Assembly: GCA_946965045.2 (NCBI GenBank)
Contig: OX337242.1
Coordinates: 1,674,001 to 1,738,000 of the forward strand
Reading direction: 5' to 3'
Source of the DNA: Epithemia pelagica
Taxonomy: Eukaryota > Protista > Bacillariophyta
DNA length: 64,000 nucleotides
The position numbers and the translations under genes are program-made. Under the pieces are notes generated by a model that made no database searches, had not been told where the DNA came from, and saw nothing but the letters and a program-made list of their open reading frames with translations. Position 1 is the stretch's first letter. Every line of letters begins with the position of its first letter. Below are positions 43,547 to 56,500 of the stretch, one piece after another.

Positions 43547-44783
43547 CTCCTCGTCAGAAGATTCTTCTTGGGCCGGTAGATCAGCTAGAGCACTCGCGAG
43601 GCGAAGGGCAGGAGTCGTACCATCATTGTTCTTCTCGGCATGAGCTACATCATAGGCCTTCTTTTTCTCTCCGGTTAGGCCCCGTCCGTTGCACGTGTCG
43701 GAAGTGTGTTTCTTGTTGAGTGACCATTTTTCATGCCACTTACACCAATAATACATTTTTCCGTTGACCTCTTTTACTTCTGGGCCTCCCTCATGTGGCC
43801 CAATGGTGAGCCACGATTCTTTTGCTGATTCTTTGGTCTTTTGCTCGCCCTGTTTGGATCCCTTGGTCGTGGACAGCGGGGCTGTTTTTCCTTTCTCCAT
43901 CTTCTTGACTTTGGCCTCAAGGGCAATAATCTTCTGGTCACGTTCGGACAGAGCCTGCCATTTCTTCGCTTCTACCAGGCCTTGGTACTTGAGACGGGCC
44001 CAATCCATGAGTTGCGTCGCCGAGAGATTCGGAGAATCTCCTTCTTTGTATGCGTTCTTTCGACGACGGATCATCTCCAAGAAGTTCTCATCACTCACAG
44101 TCTCATAGGCTTTGAAAAGGTTCGGGAGTAAGTCCAGCGTTCGTTCACCGCGGGCATGCAAACCTTGAAGAGTAGCCTTCACATATGAGTTGAACTTGAT
44201 GATGTCACCGTTGAAGTCTGCAATATGAATATGCAGATCGGACAAGCGCTGGCGAAGTACCATCACGGTCGCCTCGGTATCCACATACGCGAGGGAAATG
44301 ATCACTTTGAGAAGGAGTGGACTACTGCCAACGTCGTCGATATTAAAGTCTTCGAGTCGTAGATTTACTTGCGCCTTCGCATCTTCGTTGAGCGACGCCA
44401 TCAAACACATGTAGGACATAAAGGAATTCTGAGAAATCCTGTTCTGCCCGATGAAACTATCGACGTAGGTGCGAACCTGGGCAAGCGAGACACGACCGTA
44501 GGCTTGAGTCAACAGATGTGTAGGTGCTGGTGGCGGTGCTAGTCCAGCCACCGGAGGAACCACAATGTGTTCGGGAATGGAAAAGGTGCTGGTCCAAGAC
44601 TGTTCGACGATCCGATCTTGGAATGAGTCGAGAAAAGTCTTCAGCCCTTCCGCGTGGAGATCGTAGAGATCACCACCGTCAAAGAGTCCAGTCGTTGCCT
44701 GCTTGTAGAGCTTTGCTCCAGAGGTTTGCTAAGTTCACGACGTTGTTCGCGTTTGCGTTAGCGGGAGAGATTGCGAAAGCCAT
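43544..44783 (-). CDS. gag: Outer copia gag (one frameshift near 44725-44732)
   Basis: MAFAISPA... shifts into SGAKLYKQAT...EGLKTFL and continues into ORF 43544..44563, with a YWCKWHEKW...HTSDTC knuckle. Confidence 0.85.
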
Positions 44784-44976
44784 GGCAGACGATGGACGTG
44801 TGCTGTCTAAAGCGCAGAGGAAGCGTGTTGTTTTCCTTACTAGCGAGTAAAGAAAAGGACTCTTGTTGCAAAATTGTGTGTCTACGGTGTTAGGTTCTAC
44901 GTCTCCGTCCCCAACTGTCGTCGATGCGTTGAATCGTTGATGGAGACGTTGTGTCACCAATTTGGGCGACAAGATT

Positions 44977-45258
44977 TGTTATGGACGGGCCTGCCGCCGT
45001 TCGTGGGATATTGCTGCCTCTAAGTATCCTCTGATTCACTTAGGGCCATGGACCGTTATTACAATGGTCATGGGATCCCGTCCATAAGAAAGACAATCGT
45101 TACATAGGCATCGTCGCCTGGATCCATCGTTCGTCATTTTGCATTTTGTGAAAGGCGGTTCGATGATGCGTTGGGCCTAATGGAGTCATGAGGTTTGCGT
45201 CTGCGGTCCCCCAAGGTCCCCATCGGTTACATATGCCCGCATGTACAATATTCGAACA
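44977..45258 (-). repeat. Outer copia 5' LTR (inner boundary 44977, alternatively 44963)
   Basis: TGTT...AACA terminal repeats favour 44977. The inner end cannot be confirmed because the other LTR is truncated there. Confidence 0.85.
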
Positions 45259-45342
45259 CGAGATGGGTCACGACTCACACGACGAGAGAAGAAGCAACTT
45301 TGCTCCATCACAGCTCTCTGGAACACCACCGATATCTGCAAC

Positions 45343-46080
45343 CAAGGTTCATTTTTCGGGTCAGCCCCAATCCCGATGGGTAAAATGGCTTCAACGCATC
45401 TCGTCACGCCGGCATAATCACTATAAATCACTATTGTAAATTTTGTAGGATACGGTTGTATGTACGTTATTCTAGTCTTGAATAAGCTTATGTATTCGAA
45501 CATCCACAAGACTATTTAAGAATGAGAAAAATCTAGCGAGCGAGCCTGCGTCGTGGTTTTTGTATCCATCGGATACAAAATATGTATAAAATGTATCCAA
45601 TGGATACATGGGTACAACTGGGGACAAAGGGGGTACAGTTCGTTCAAAAGGGTACATAGTTCATCCTTCGCCGAATGTACCCCTGTATCCGTTTGGTACA
45701 AAAGGATACGTATTTTATCATATTTGGTAAATATGGACCTAACGGATGACTGACAGGTTCATATTTTGGGTTGCATCTCGTCACGCCGGCAAAATCACTG
45801 AAACTCACTGTAAATATTGTAGGACTATTTAAAATCTAGCGAGCGAGCCTGCGTCGTGGTTTTTGTATCCATCGGATACAAAATATGTATAAAATGTATC
45901 CAATGGATACATGGGGACAACTGGGGACAAAGGGGGTACAGTTCGTTCAAAAGGGTACGAGTAAGATCGGCTTACCCAGCCCTTACATAGTTCATCCTTC
46001 GCCGAATGTACCCCAGATTTGGTCCTGTATCCGTTTTGTACAAAAGGATACATCTTTTATCAAATTTGTTAAATAAGGGC
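45343..46080. repeat. Two imperfect tandem copies of an AT-rich, palindrome-rich unit (possible non-autonomous DNA element)
   Basis: 45530..45657 is nearly identical to 45831..45958. GCATCTCGTCACGCCGGC and CATAGTTCATCCTTCGCCGAATGTACCCC blocks are also shared. Contains palindromes TGTATCC-N3-GGATACA. Confidence 0.8.
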
Positions 46081-46701
46081 CTAGTAGCCGGTGACTCACA
46101 CGTGTCCTTGTTGATTACTTAGCCGTCATGTATTAAATGCGATTTCTATTTAGTCTTGCAGGTCGCGAACATGTTTTCTACCGGACTGCTGTCGCGCGAC
46201 CAGTTCTTTCGTCACCTAGCACCTAGCCCACAGACGATTTTTGTTCCTACTCCTAAGATACAAATATCGGTGGTGTTCCTTTCATTCGCAGATTTCATTC
46301 AGCATTCCCAGATTTCAGATGCCGGTTGGTATCAATCTTCACTTCGGACGACTGCCGCTGTCGGAGCTCCGCAATTCGGTGCATATCATGAATCCTACAA
46401 CTCTCGTCGATCGGCAAGTCGATGATGGGTTTATGCTGGTCATGTCCTATCATTCGGTACTGGAAACAGCATGGCGCCTCCTACTGGTTCCGAACATGGT
46501 CAACAATGTTGGTTTCTCCCGTGGCATACTGCCGTCTGTCAAGAACTTGGAGGATCAACTCTCTCCAAACACACAAACTTGGATGGTCTCATAAAATCTG
46601 ATTCGACAAGTTTGCCGAGCATCGAGCAAGCTACATCAGATTTTGAGTGAGATAATACCGGCCGAATATAGAATCAGAAAACCACGTTTGTTTCAAGCAC
46701 C

Positions 46702-49700
46702 ATGAAGTTGTCAACTGCCGTCGTCTTTCTTGCTGCGACCATCCACAAGAAGGCCGCCGTGGAAGGTACTACGCACATGGTGTTTCCTGCTCCCGAATCG
46801 GATCCAAGCTACCAGGTAAGTACAGTCCGCAAACGTTGTGTCACCACACTTTGAGCTTTGAACAGGTGAAACTAATCATCAAGTGCACAGAAATGTGGTC
46901 TCGACTATCCAGCAGACCATCATATCGCCTGCCAAAATCCCGACTATCCGAATTGCGAAGGTTCGAAACACGGAGTTTCGTGGGGAAGGTGCTTTGCACG
47001 GCCTCCTCTCGAGACACTTGCGGTCGATCCTCGGTACCACCGATGCGGACAGGACTTTGGGAACGCCAACTTTGGGAATGAATGTCAGGATCCTGACTAC
47101 CCTGACTGCGTTCGGGGCTTTTGCTATGCAAGGTCCACGAATCCCATGCCTCTAGATCCTGAAGCTCCCCGACCGGACCCCAGTGGACAGACCTGTCATA
47201 CGGACCACACCGGTCAGGACAACGTTCATCACTGTCAAGACCCCAACTATCCTGTTTGCGAAGGTCACATCTTTGGGAAGCAGTGGGGCAAGTGCTTGTC
47301 CAAGTCCACGGATGGAATTAAACTCTTGGATGACCCCCCAGTGAAAGCAGGTGTCGTGTACGAGCAAGAAATGATCCTTTCCCATAATGACAGCGATCCA
47401 AAACTTACGGTCCATGAAGGTGATGAAATCGCTGGCGTGCAGACTTGGAGTGATGCCTTTCACTTTTGTTTGGCAAAGGGCCGAAGGCTCCCATACCGCT
47501 ACGAGTGATGCAATGGAAAATGGGATCGGTATGTTGGCAGTGATGTTTGGGGAGGGCTTGTGCCAGGACCCGAGCACAAGTGGACTGCCGTTGCGGACAA
47601 CTTCAATCTAGGCACGCTGCTTCAGCTTGCAGACGCTGTTTCTGCGAGCGGCGTTAGCGAAGTCTGCAAGACGTATCTTCCCGGCCCGGCTGCCTACCCA
47701 GAGAAAAAGGTCTTTGATCCGTTCTGTAAGAAACCGGATAGTTGCGAGGGCAAGGAATGCTCGTTGGAATGTCCAGCCACTGCGAAGGTGGGCTTCTACC
47801 CTGATCCCAATGACTGCCAAGCCGTTTGCTACTGTTCTGGATCTGAGAGTGGTTCGTTTTGGGAAAAGGTAACAGAAGATGAGACAGAAGTTTGGGATCC
47901 ATGGTGCGAAGGTTCCAGGCCTCTTGACGGAGACAATGTGCCTTTGGGGTAGGTGTGAGAGTATACAGTGTCGTGGTCGTTTTGTGAACCTTCTTCTAAC
48001 TCATTTTTTATTTGTACACCACCAGAGGTATGAACGGAGGTTGCAAGAACAAAGAGTTCTATGTGAATGATAAGAGCTACTGCAATGGCAATACCAACGA
48101 TCAGAGGAAGCTTTCGCCGTTGCGTGATGAAAATCTCATTGACCCAGGCTATCAGCCATCCATTGATACCGTCATGTGTGTGAAATCCGCAAAATTTGAT
48201 CCATCTCAACTGAACCCCACCTGTGCGGCTGCTTGGGGTGATCCACGTAAGTTCACGTGTGCTGGCTTGAAGTGTAGCAGTCAAAGCACGACAGGAGAAG
48301 GATATTTTCATGTCGGCGAATTGGTCATCTTACCTGCTCGTTTTGTTTCAGATATTGTCACCTACGATGGGCTTCGTTACAGCTGCCAAGGACAGGGCGA
48401 TCATATCCTTGCAAAATCTCTTGACTCGGGCTTTGAATTCAAGGAAAGTTCAAGAAGCCTCGCGACAATTCAATCAAAGGCGTGACGCTTATGACTGGAT
48501 TCCATTTGAGAACTGGAAATCCCAATGAACCCGATGTTGAGTTTGATATCAGTACCTTACACCGTAAATGGTGGATTGGCGGACAGTCGGTAAGTCACCT
48601 CCTAAACGAAGCCTGCTTGACAGTAAACAAAATCCAGGCAGTGTTCCTAACTTTTTTGTTCCATTCTTTTCCATCAAAGAACGACGGGATTGATCGGAAC
48701 TATGGTCAACTTGGCACCCAGACTACTGGTACACCACATCTCCAGTACTTTGCCTCTCGCGGTGTTCGCATGTTCTACTATCCAGAGTCCCGGATTCAGC
48801 TGAAGGTAACCTACAACTTCCATAGCCGCGATAGACTTGGATACTACATCAACATTGAATTGTGTCTCCCAGATGAACTCAAGGAACAGCGTATCATTGG
48901 GTTGTTTGGTTCTCCGGACGCCATTATCGAGAATGATTGGATGGACATGACCGCAGCTGCACTTCCCATCACCGATACAAAGTGGGAGGAAGCATTCAAC
49001 TACTGTAAGGAAAATTGGTGTATCGAAGATGAAAGCCAAAACAGATTCCACAACAAGTTCACCTGCGACGATGAGTATGACCCTACTCTTGAGAACTTAG
49101 TCAACAATTTGGACCAATCCTCTCCATTGTATGGCATTTGTGGAAGTGATCCAGAATGTATCATGGACGGACTGGCAGGTGGTCTGGAAGTTGCAGCGCA
49201 GACCAAGCGACAGCAGAGTGCGATGAACATACCTGAAACGCCGGTGGAGCCACCGGCGGAACCAGAAGAGGAGAAGATGGAGGAGGAGGAACAGAAAAGG
49301 AGTCGGGAGGAGGAAGAACAGAAACTAGAGCCTACGAGCAACAAAGGAAGTGGCAGTGGTGATCCCCATTTCAAGACGGTAAGCTGATATATGTGTCCTC
49401 ATTGCATCTCTGCTGGCTCTGGCACAGCCCTGACAAACTTCTTTTTCTTGTACTGTAACGAGTCCAGTGGACGGGTGACAAATTCGACTATCACGGGGAG
49501 TGTGATCTTGTATTAGTCGATAACCCTCTTTCAACAATGGACAAGGAATGAAGCTTCACATCCGCACAACGCGTGTTCGATATTTTTCGTTTATCGAGAA
49601 GATTGCTCTTCAGATTGGCACTGATGTCTTGGAGTTTGCCAACGATGCGGAGAAGTTTTTCATCAATGGGGAAATGGCTGAATCCAACAAGAAACACCAC

Positions 49701-50231
49701 AAAACCATGCTTGGTGGTTTTGTGGTGCGCCGTGATCCTAATGCTCTTTCGGTTCGCCTCCGGGACGGAAGTGGCCCGCATAAACGTATGGGCGCTGCCA
49801 AGATCGACTTTCATACTCGCAAAAATGGTTTCCCTGCTGTAGTCGTAGATGGAGGAAGCAGTGACATATTCCAGGGCAGCTTGGGTCTTTTGGGTGAATG
49901 GAGTACAGGCAAGAGAGTTGGCCGAGACGGCAAGACAGAGTTTATTGTCGACGGCCCCGCCGACGAAGACGGTGCCACTGCATTTGCCTTGGAATGGCAG
50001 GTTCGTGAGAACGAGCCCATGTTGTTCCACGATTCTCGCTTTCCTCAGTTCCCATACACTTGCACTCCCCCTGCGAAGCGATCAGGACGATTGGGAGACT
50101 CTGCGCTCCGCAAGGAAGCCGAGGAAGCCTGCTCTCACTGGAAGGAGGATAAGGATGATTGTATCTTTGATGTGATTGCAACCCGAGATGTGTTGGTTGC
50201 GGGAGAAGGGCATATTGTGCATGTGGAATGA
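46702..50231 (+). pseudogene. Multi-exon secreted Cys-rich protein with two vWD-like domains; one in-frame TGA and two apparent frameshifts
   Basis: Signal peptide; GT-AG introns at 46816..46890, 47949..48025, 48247..48351, 48590..48679 and from ~49378. Three CQxPxYPxC repeats; WGDPH-IVTYDG and SGDPHFKT-WTGDKFDYHGECDL. Lesions at 47506-47508, ~48438 and ~49530. Confidence 0.75.
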
Positions 50232-50559
50232 GGGAATGAGGCAATGTGAGAGATGAACGGATGAGATCACCTTCGAATTGACCTTCTTTCTGCATTAGAG
50301 ACCCCAAGTACATGTTGACTCTTGAATTTGTTTGAATTTAGCTGAGTTTCTTTTTGTAGCTTAGCATTCAACGACATTTTCACTCACAATGCGAAACGAG
50401 TTGTCTCGACAGTTCGGTTGGGCCAATGACTGAGCCTCCCTGAATACCCCTGTTCATGAGACTTACAATAAATCAAATAGAGAATTGTGTGTCTACAAAC
50501 CCGTTTGAAGCCATATCCATAAATTACCTGTCTCGACCGCGTCGTGATAACGGGGTATA

Positions 50560-53500
50560 TCACTTCATATTCTTATATTCATGGTCCGTAGTCAGTAGCT
50601 GCATGAGTTCTTCTTCCGAGGCAAATCCTCCATCCACTCCACCTGCTCGAATGGTCGGTTTGGTCGACTGGCTGTCTTCCACAATGGTATGGTCTGTCGC
50701 GGCACACGATGTCCGCCAGGCATCAATTTTGACTTCGACAGTGTCTTCAACCACATAGCGATGGACCGTTGTTTGATGAGTTTGTCCAATTCGTGACACG
50801 CGATTAATGGCTTGCAGATCCAATGCGTGATTCAACAATGGTTCCAACAAAAAGACATGACGGGCTTCCAAAATGGTCAAGCCTTCCGCACCATGTTTGA
50901 CGTTGAGCATGAGAACGGTACAGTCGTCATTGGAACGAAACACAGTACAAGCTTCTCCAATTTTGGCCTTGGAGGAGGCTCGTACCAGTGATATCGAGTT
51001 CATGGCAAGGGCTTGCGCAACAATGTCCAACATGTCTTCCCATTGCGAAAACAAAATGGCCTTTTCCCCAACATCCCGTACATCCAACAAATCTGCCACG
51101 ACTCGCGTCACTTTGGTCCCCCAACTTCCCTTGACATCTTGCCGTTGCACACGGCTGCCATCGTTACGGGGTTTGTCCGACGCAATGAGTACTTGGTCCA
51201 CCGACGTTGGAATGCGACACCGGATGGGACACGAAATCATGGAAGTACGAGAATTCAATCGCTCGAGACATGCCGCATGAAAGGAATGACCACACCGCAA
51301 GACGGCTCGGTCGGCCGATCCAAACGAACACAAACACACGGCACACGTGTCGACTGATTCTTCGGATTTCTGGTTGGTTTGTGGGCAAGACTCGTTCTGA
51401 CCTTGTTGTTGTTGTTGTTGTTGTTCTTGCTCTTGTTGTTGATTGCGAAGGTATCGCAGGGTTTCTTTGGACCGTCGTAAATCACCATGAGCCATGGCTT
51501 GCTTGGCGGCATGGTCATGATACTGGGACAGTACATCGCAAGGTAAGACTACCGCATTTTGTTGTTCTCGTGTCAATTGAGTCCAATCTTCGCCCTCCTC
51601 ACACAAACGAATGGATTCCTTGCATTGATTCAATTCATCCAAATCATTCAAGAGATCCAAATGCGTCCGCCATTGTCTCCAACCCAAGACCTTTTCCTTT
51701 TTCTGTGCCTCGAGGACTTCGAAAAAGGCCTTGGCACGATCCAGCCAATTCGGAACCTCACCCGTTTCTTCTCCAACCCGTTTCACAATCGCAGCACCAA
51801 TGGGACCACGCAGCACAGTGTGCAATGTATTCACTAGCAACAAGGTCACACGGTCGGGCTCCAACTCATTGAGTTGATCTCCAATACTACAATGTCGACA
51901 TTTTGGGCCTTGTTGATTCCAGTCGGCTTTGCAGACCCGACAATGACTATTTTCATAGAGTTCTTGGTGACTGGGGGACGAGGACAAGCGTGCAATCTTG
52001 TCCATACATTTGCCATGTCTTCCCGGGGGACAATGGTATCGGTCCTTGCGGATTTGAAACGTCCCGTCCTCCATGGTATTCACCCAGGATGTGGCCTTGC
52101 CAATACCCGAGTTCCGAATCGCTTGAAGTCGCGATTGGAGGGCCATTTGCAAACCGTGAATGTCACGAAAGGTGGGAAATTTGACAATACCACTCTCGGC
52201 ACTGGCTTTGGTGGTTTGAATATGATCCAATTCTTCTTGCACTCGGACACAGACACCATGAACCTGGGACTCCTCCCCATATAAATGACAGGCGACCAGA
52301 AATTCGTCCCACCATCCAGCATCCCAGCAGTCGCTTCGACTCTTGTTTGACAACGAAGGAACGAGCTCATGAATCGATCCTTCGGCCTTTTTCCTTGCAT
52401 CCGAAGCTTGAACAAGACGGTGATTACAGGCTCTATGCAATGACTTTGCTGCCTGCATGTACAGGGATTCAATGTGCTCTGCCCTTGTTTTCATTTCTGT
52501 CATTTTCTTTCTCATGGATGGAATATCAAACAACCCAACTTCGTCCGTCTTCTTCTCTTTGTCGGATTTGACGTCAACTTTCTGGTTCCCTGTTTTCTTG
52601 TCGTCATTGTCTGCAGTTTGACGCGATTGAATCAAAGATGAAAAAGAGATCGAGGCATTGTGAAGGGCATGCAGTGTCTGCAAGGAATCACTCGCAATGT
52701 CTGCTTCTTCCAAAATCAACTCGAGTCCTACATAGTATCCCATGGGAAAAGTTCTTTGTTCCAGTCGTTTGTGGCAACTCTCAATCACAATTCGCCAATT
52801 CTTGGACTTGTGTGTGTGAAACCCCTCCAGGGGCAACACCCAGCCCTCCGTGGCACTCCCGTTTGTGTTGCTGCTCGTAGCGTCGAGAGGGCACTCCAGT
52901 TTGGTCACGGGAACAAATTCGCCACCCAAAGAGGGGCTGGCCACTTCCAAGGCACACAGTTTGGGCATCAAGATGGCCCAGTCAAAATCCTTGGATACTT
53001 CGTTTTGCAGAAAGGAGGGTACCTGTCGTACAGGGCGCAATTTGAAGCGGATGATACGTCGTGCGGGACCCTCAAAATCGACACGCGCCCAAAACGAATG
53101 TTGCTCTGGTCGACGACTGTTGGCGCTCTGTGCCATTTTCCAATCCAGACGAATGACTTTGCTGGAGTGCACTTGACTGTGTGGGGTACGGAATCCCTTG
53201 CTTCCGCTGAGGAAGGAATTGGCCAATACGGGTATTGGTTGTGAATTGGATTCCGCCAAGTCCAAGGATTCCAGGTAGAGTTTACAACTCTTTTCTAACA
53301 ATACATCGTCACTTGTTTTAGGAAACCCTTCTCCTCGTTCTCTCGCTTCAACCTGGAGGCGTGAAAGGGCCGCCATACCATTGGTATGCATGCTAACCAA
53401 TCGCTGCGATTCTTCGCATTTCAATCGAGCGTCGTCAATCAAACGCACCAAGATTTCTTCCATTGTCAAAACATTGGAGACACCGGAATCAGGTGCTGAC

Positions 53501-56500
53501 TCCATTGTCGCGGATGGGGATGCATCTGCACCACTCCCGGCGCCACCGCGTTTTGTCGCCTTGGACCTTCTTTTTTTCTTATTGTGGGAAGGACCGTGGC
53601 TGGTTATGCCACCAGCTCCGACTTGTGGATGGCAGCAGGCAGCGCGAAGTCGATGCAAATGTTCCGCCAGCATGGTCAAGTGTTGTGCCTTGTCTTGTTT
53701 GCCCTTGCGACGACGTTCACAAAAGTCCCCGGCGGTTGCCAGGGTTGCTTCCAATTGGCGTTCATAAAAATGACGTTCAATGGAGGAGAATTTCAGCAAC
53801 TGTTTCACCTCTGTCTGTTCGGGAACACCCATTTGTTCTCGAACCAATGGATGGGCTTTTGTCGATCTCCAGAATATATTGGCCAAGAGTGTTTGGATAC
53901 GATGGCACATGGAAACAGGATGCGATGTTGACTCCAGGGACTTGGCAAAAAATGACTTTTGGGAAAAGGGTGGGACACGTAGAAAAACCAGAAGGCCATA
54001 TAAATCCTGTAACTGTCCTCGCCCAATGGGCGTCCCAGTCACACACCAGCGATGGTGAGCGTGCAATTTCAGAGCCATTCGAGCTGATGTGGCTGTAGGA
54101 CGTTCCACGCGCTGAGCTTCGTCCAAACACACTCGCCAAAAGTCAATTGATGATAGGGGAGATGGGACAACACGGTAACGCTTTCGTTTTCGCAACCACC
54201 CGTTGTTCCCATTTTCATCTTGGGCAACAAACTTGTTTTCATCTGCGGCATGTCCAAAGTCTGACAAGAGTGCATCGAACGTGACCAAGACGACATCATG
54301 ATCGGCCAAGAAGTAGGGGTGGAGCAATTTCATTTCGTTGCGAGTTTCCTTGAAGCCACGTTTGGGTCGTGATTTCGTTATTCTGTCTACTCCATGATAA
54401 ATCGCCACATTCAACGGCCGTTGGGTGCTGGGATGTTGCGTGTGTCGCTCAATTTCTCGTTCCCATTGAGTCAGAATTGCCGGCGGTGTCACGATCAGCG
54501 TCGCTCGACTGGGTATCAGCTGCGTGGTTGTTTCGTTTCCACCTTTTGGTGAGGTTTTGGCCGTGGCTGCTATGGTTGCACAACAACAAGGACAAAATCG
54601 TTCGTGAAGTGGATGTGGTGTTTCATAACAGATCCAAGATTGATCCGAGAACATTTTTCGGTACATAATGGGTGTGGTCTTGGCTTTTAATTCCGACAAG
54701 GTATCAAACCCAGCACAATCCATGTGCAGTGGTTCCTGGCATTGACAACACAGTACAATAGGTCGCTGTTCCGTTGATTCTTGTACATGTATCACTTCAC
54801 CACACAAGCAGGATCCCAGCAGTGTTTCTCCTTCGTCTAACCAACGATGTGGAACGTCTGGGTCAGCCGCACTGTCTTCCTCGTGCGTCATGGACTTGTC
54901 CGGTGTTACTGGAACCGCCGCCACCTTGGAGCGACGACTTGTCAGGGGCAATCGACGACGCGGAGATGTCACAAGGTCCCTGGATGTTGATGATACAGCA
55001 TTATCTTGCTCGTTCTGAACAGTCACGTTTTCATGTGTTTCCTGGACTGTGGACTCTTCATCAGAAGATTTGTCGCCTGTATCCATCTTGTCTTGGCTTT
55101 GTTGAGCTATCGTGGCCAAAGACAACTTGTCATTGGAAGCCGTAACATCCACCACGTCTCCGACTGGTAATGGTCTCGAATGTGCCAAGATACAAGCCAG
55201 CACTTCGACAGTTTTCCCCAAACCCATGCTTTCCGCCAAAATACCACCTTTTATGACCACCTCGCTATGACTATGACCGGTTCCATCGGCGTACTCTTTT
55301 TCGTTCTCCACCTCAAGACCCAAGCTCATGCTTCGAGCATCTCTGATTGAGCTGGCCAACCAGCCAATCACAGGACAATAAAGTAACAAGGACGCCCCAT
55401 CCGTGTCTTTTTGGTTGTCCCGATGTTGTTCTTCCCACGTGGTTAATGGAATTCCTCCTCTCGGAAAAGAAGGAGGACTGCATGTCGTCGTCGTCGTCGC
55501 CTCGGCAGGATTCCATGACGGTCCTCCACCGCCCTGTGCGAGGACAACCCAAGCCAATTTCCACTCTTCACAAGGCACGGGATGTTGCTCGCGTTGCAAC
55601 ATCCATTGTACCGCCATGGCTTGATAGGGTCGTAAGGTCGGAAGGAGACCTGGAATTCTGTTTGGTGGAACCGAGGCATCGGGTCGTTGCTGTTCTTCTG
55701 GATTCTGCTGCTCCAAGACTCGTTTCAACTGAACATTGTCGGTCCATTTATAAATGGTATGCGCCGTCACTGTCGTACTGCCATGGGGGATGGACGACGC
55801 CATGTCAAGTGTCCGTGTGGTGTTGGTCATGGTCATGATATGGTCCAAGGCTTGATGAATCCATCGGGCATGTTGGTATTTGCGTGCCACAAAGGTTCGT
55901 GTGACTCGATTCACTGGCAAGGTTTGGGGTTGACAGGGGTCCAATGCCTGGGGTAGCAAATAAACGTGCATGTTCCAGAGTCTCCTGGATTGGATGTTGG
56001 TGGGTGGTGATGACGGAGGAGCAGCAGTAGTGGTTGTGGACTTGTGTTGTTGTTGTTGTTGGTCGTCCAGTGGGTGGTTGCTCGTCTGCAGTCGCACGGC
56101 CATGTATCCTAGTTCGACACAGGCGGCCAATGGTCGCCACCGTGTTGTCGATTCCACTTTTGTCGTCGTCTTCGAAGCGTCACCTGTATCCAAGCAGTTT
56201 CCCAAACAGACCAGGCTTTTTCCTGCCACCAAGACAAGATCCGTGTCGTCCTCGGCGTTGTGGTGGTGTCGGTCCTTGGACTCGGGTATCACAATTTGAA
56301 TCCAAGAGCTTGGTTGTGTATCCTGTTCCCGTTGCTGATCGTGCAGGAGGGGAATACATCCGAGATAAAAGGAGGACGGACCATTGAGTTGAGATTGCAC
56401 GTGGTGTCGCTGGTCGTGTTGCTTCCAATTGTGTCGTCCCACAAAGGTCAAGACGGGATCCTGGGAACCACCAGCAGGGTTTGCCTCCGGGTGTGTGCAA

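Larger units (their letters stand above)
30735..45258 (-). mobile_element. Outer Ty1/copia LTR retrotransposon (about 6 kb once the insertion and duplication are removed)
   Basis: LTRs at both ends, PPT (GTGAGGGAG) next to the 3' LTR, domain order gag-PR-IN-RT-RH. No TSD is recoverable because the left end is deleted. Confidence 0.93.

Noticed and set aside
45272-46103. GACTCACACG direct repeats as a 10-bp TSD
   Set aside because: No terminal inverted repeats inside them; could be chance.
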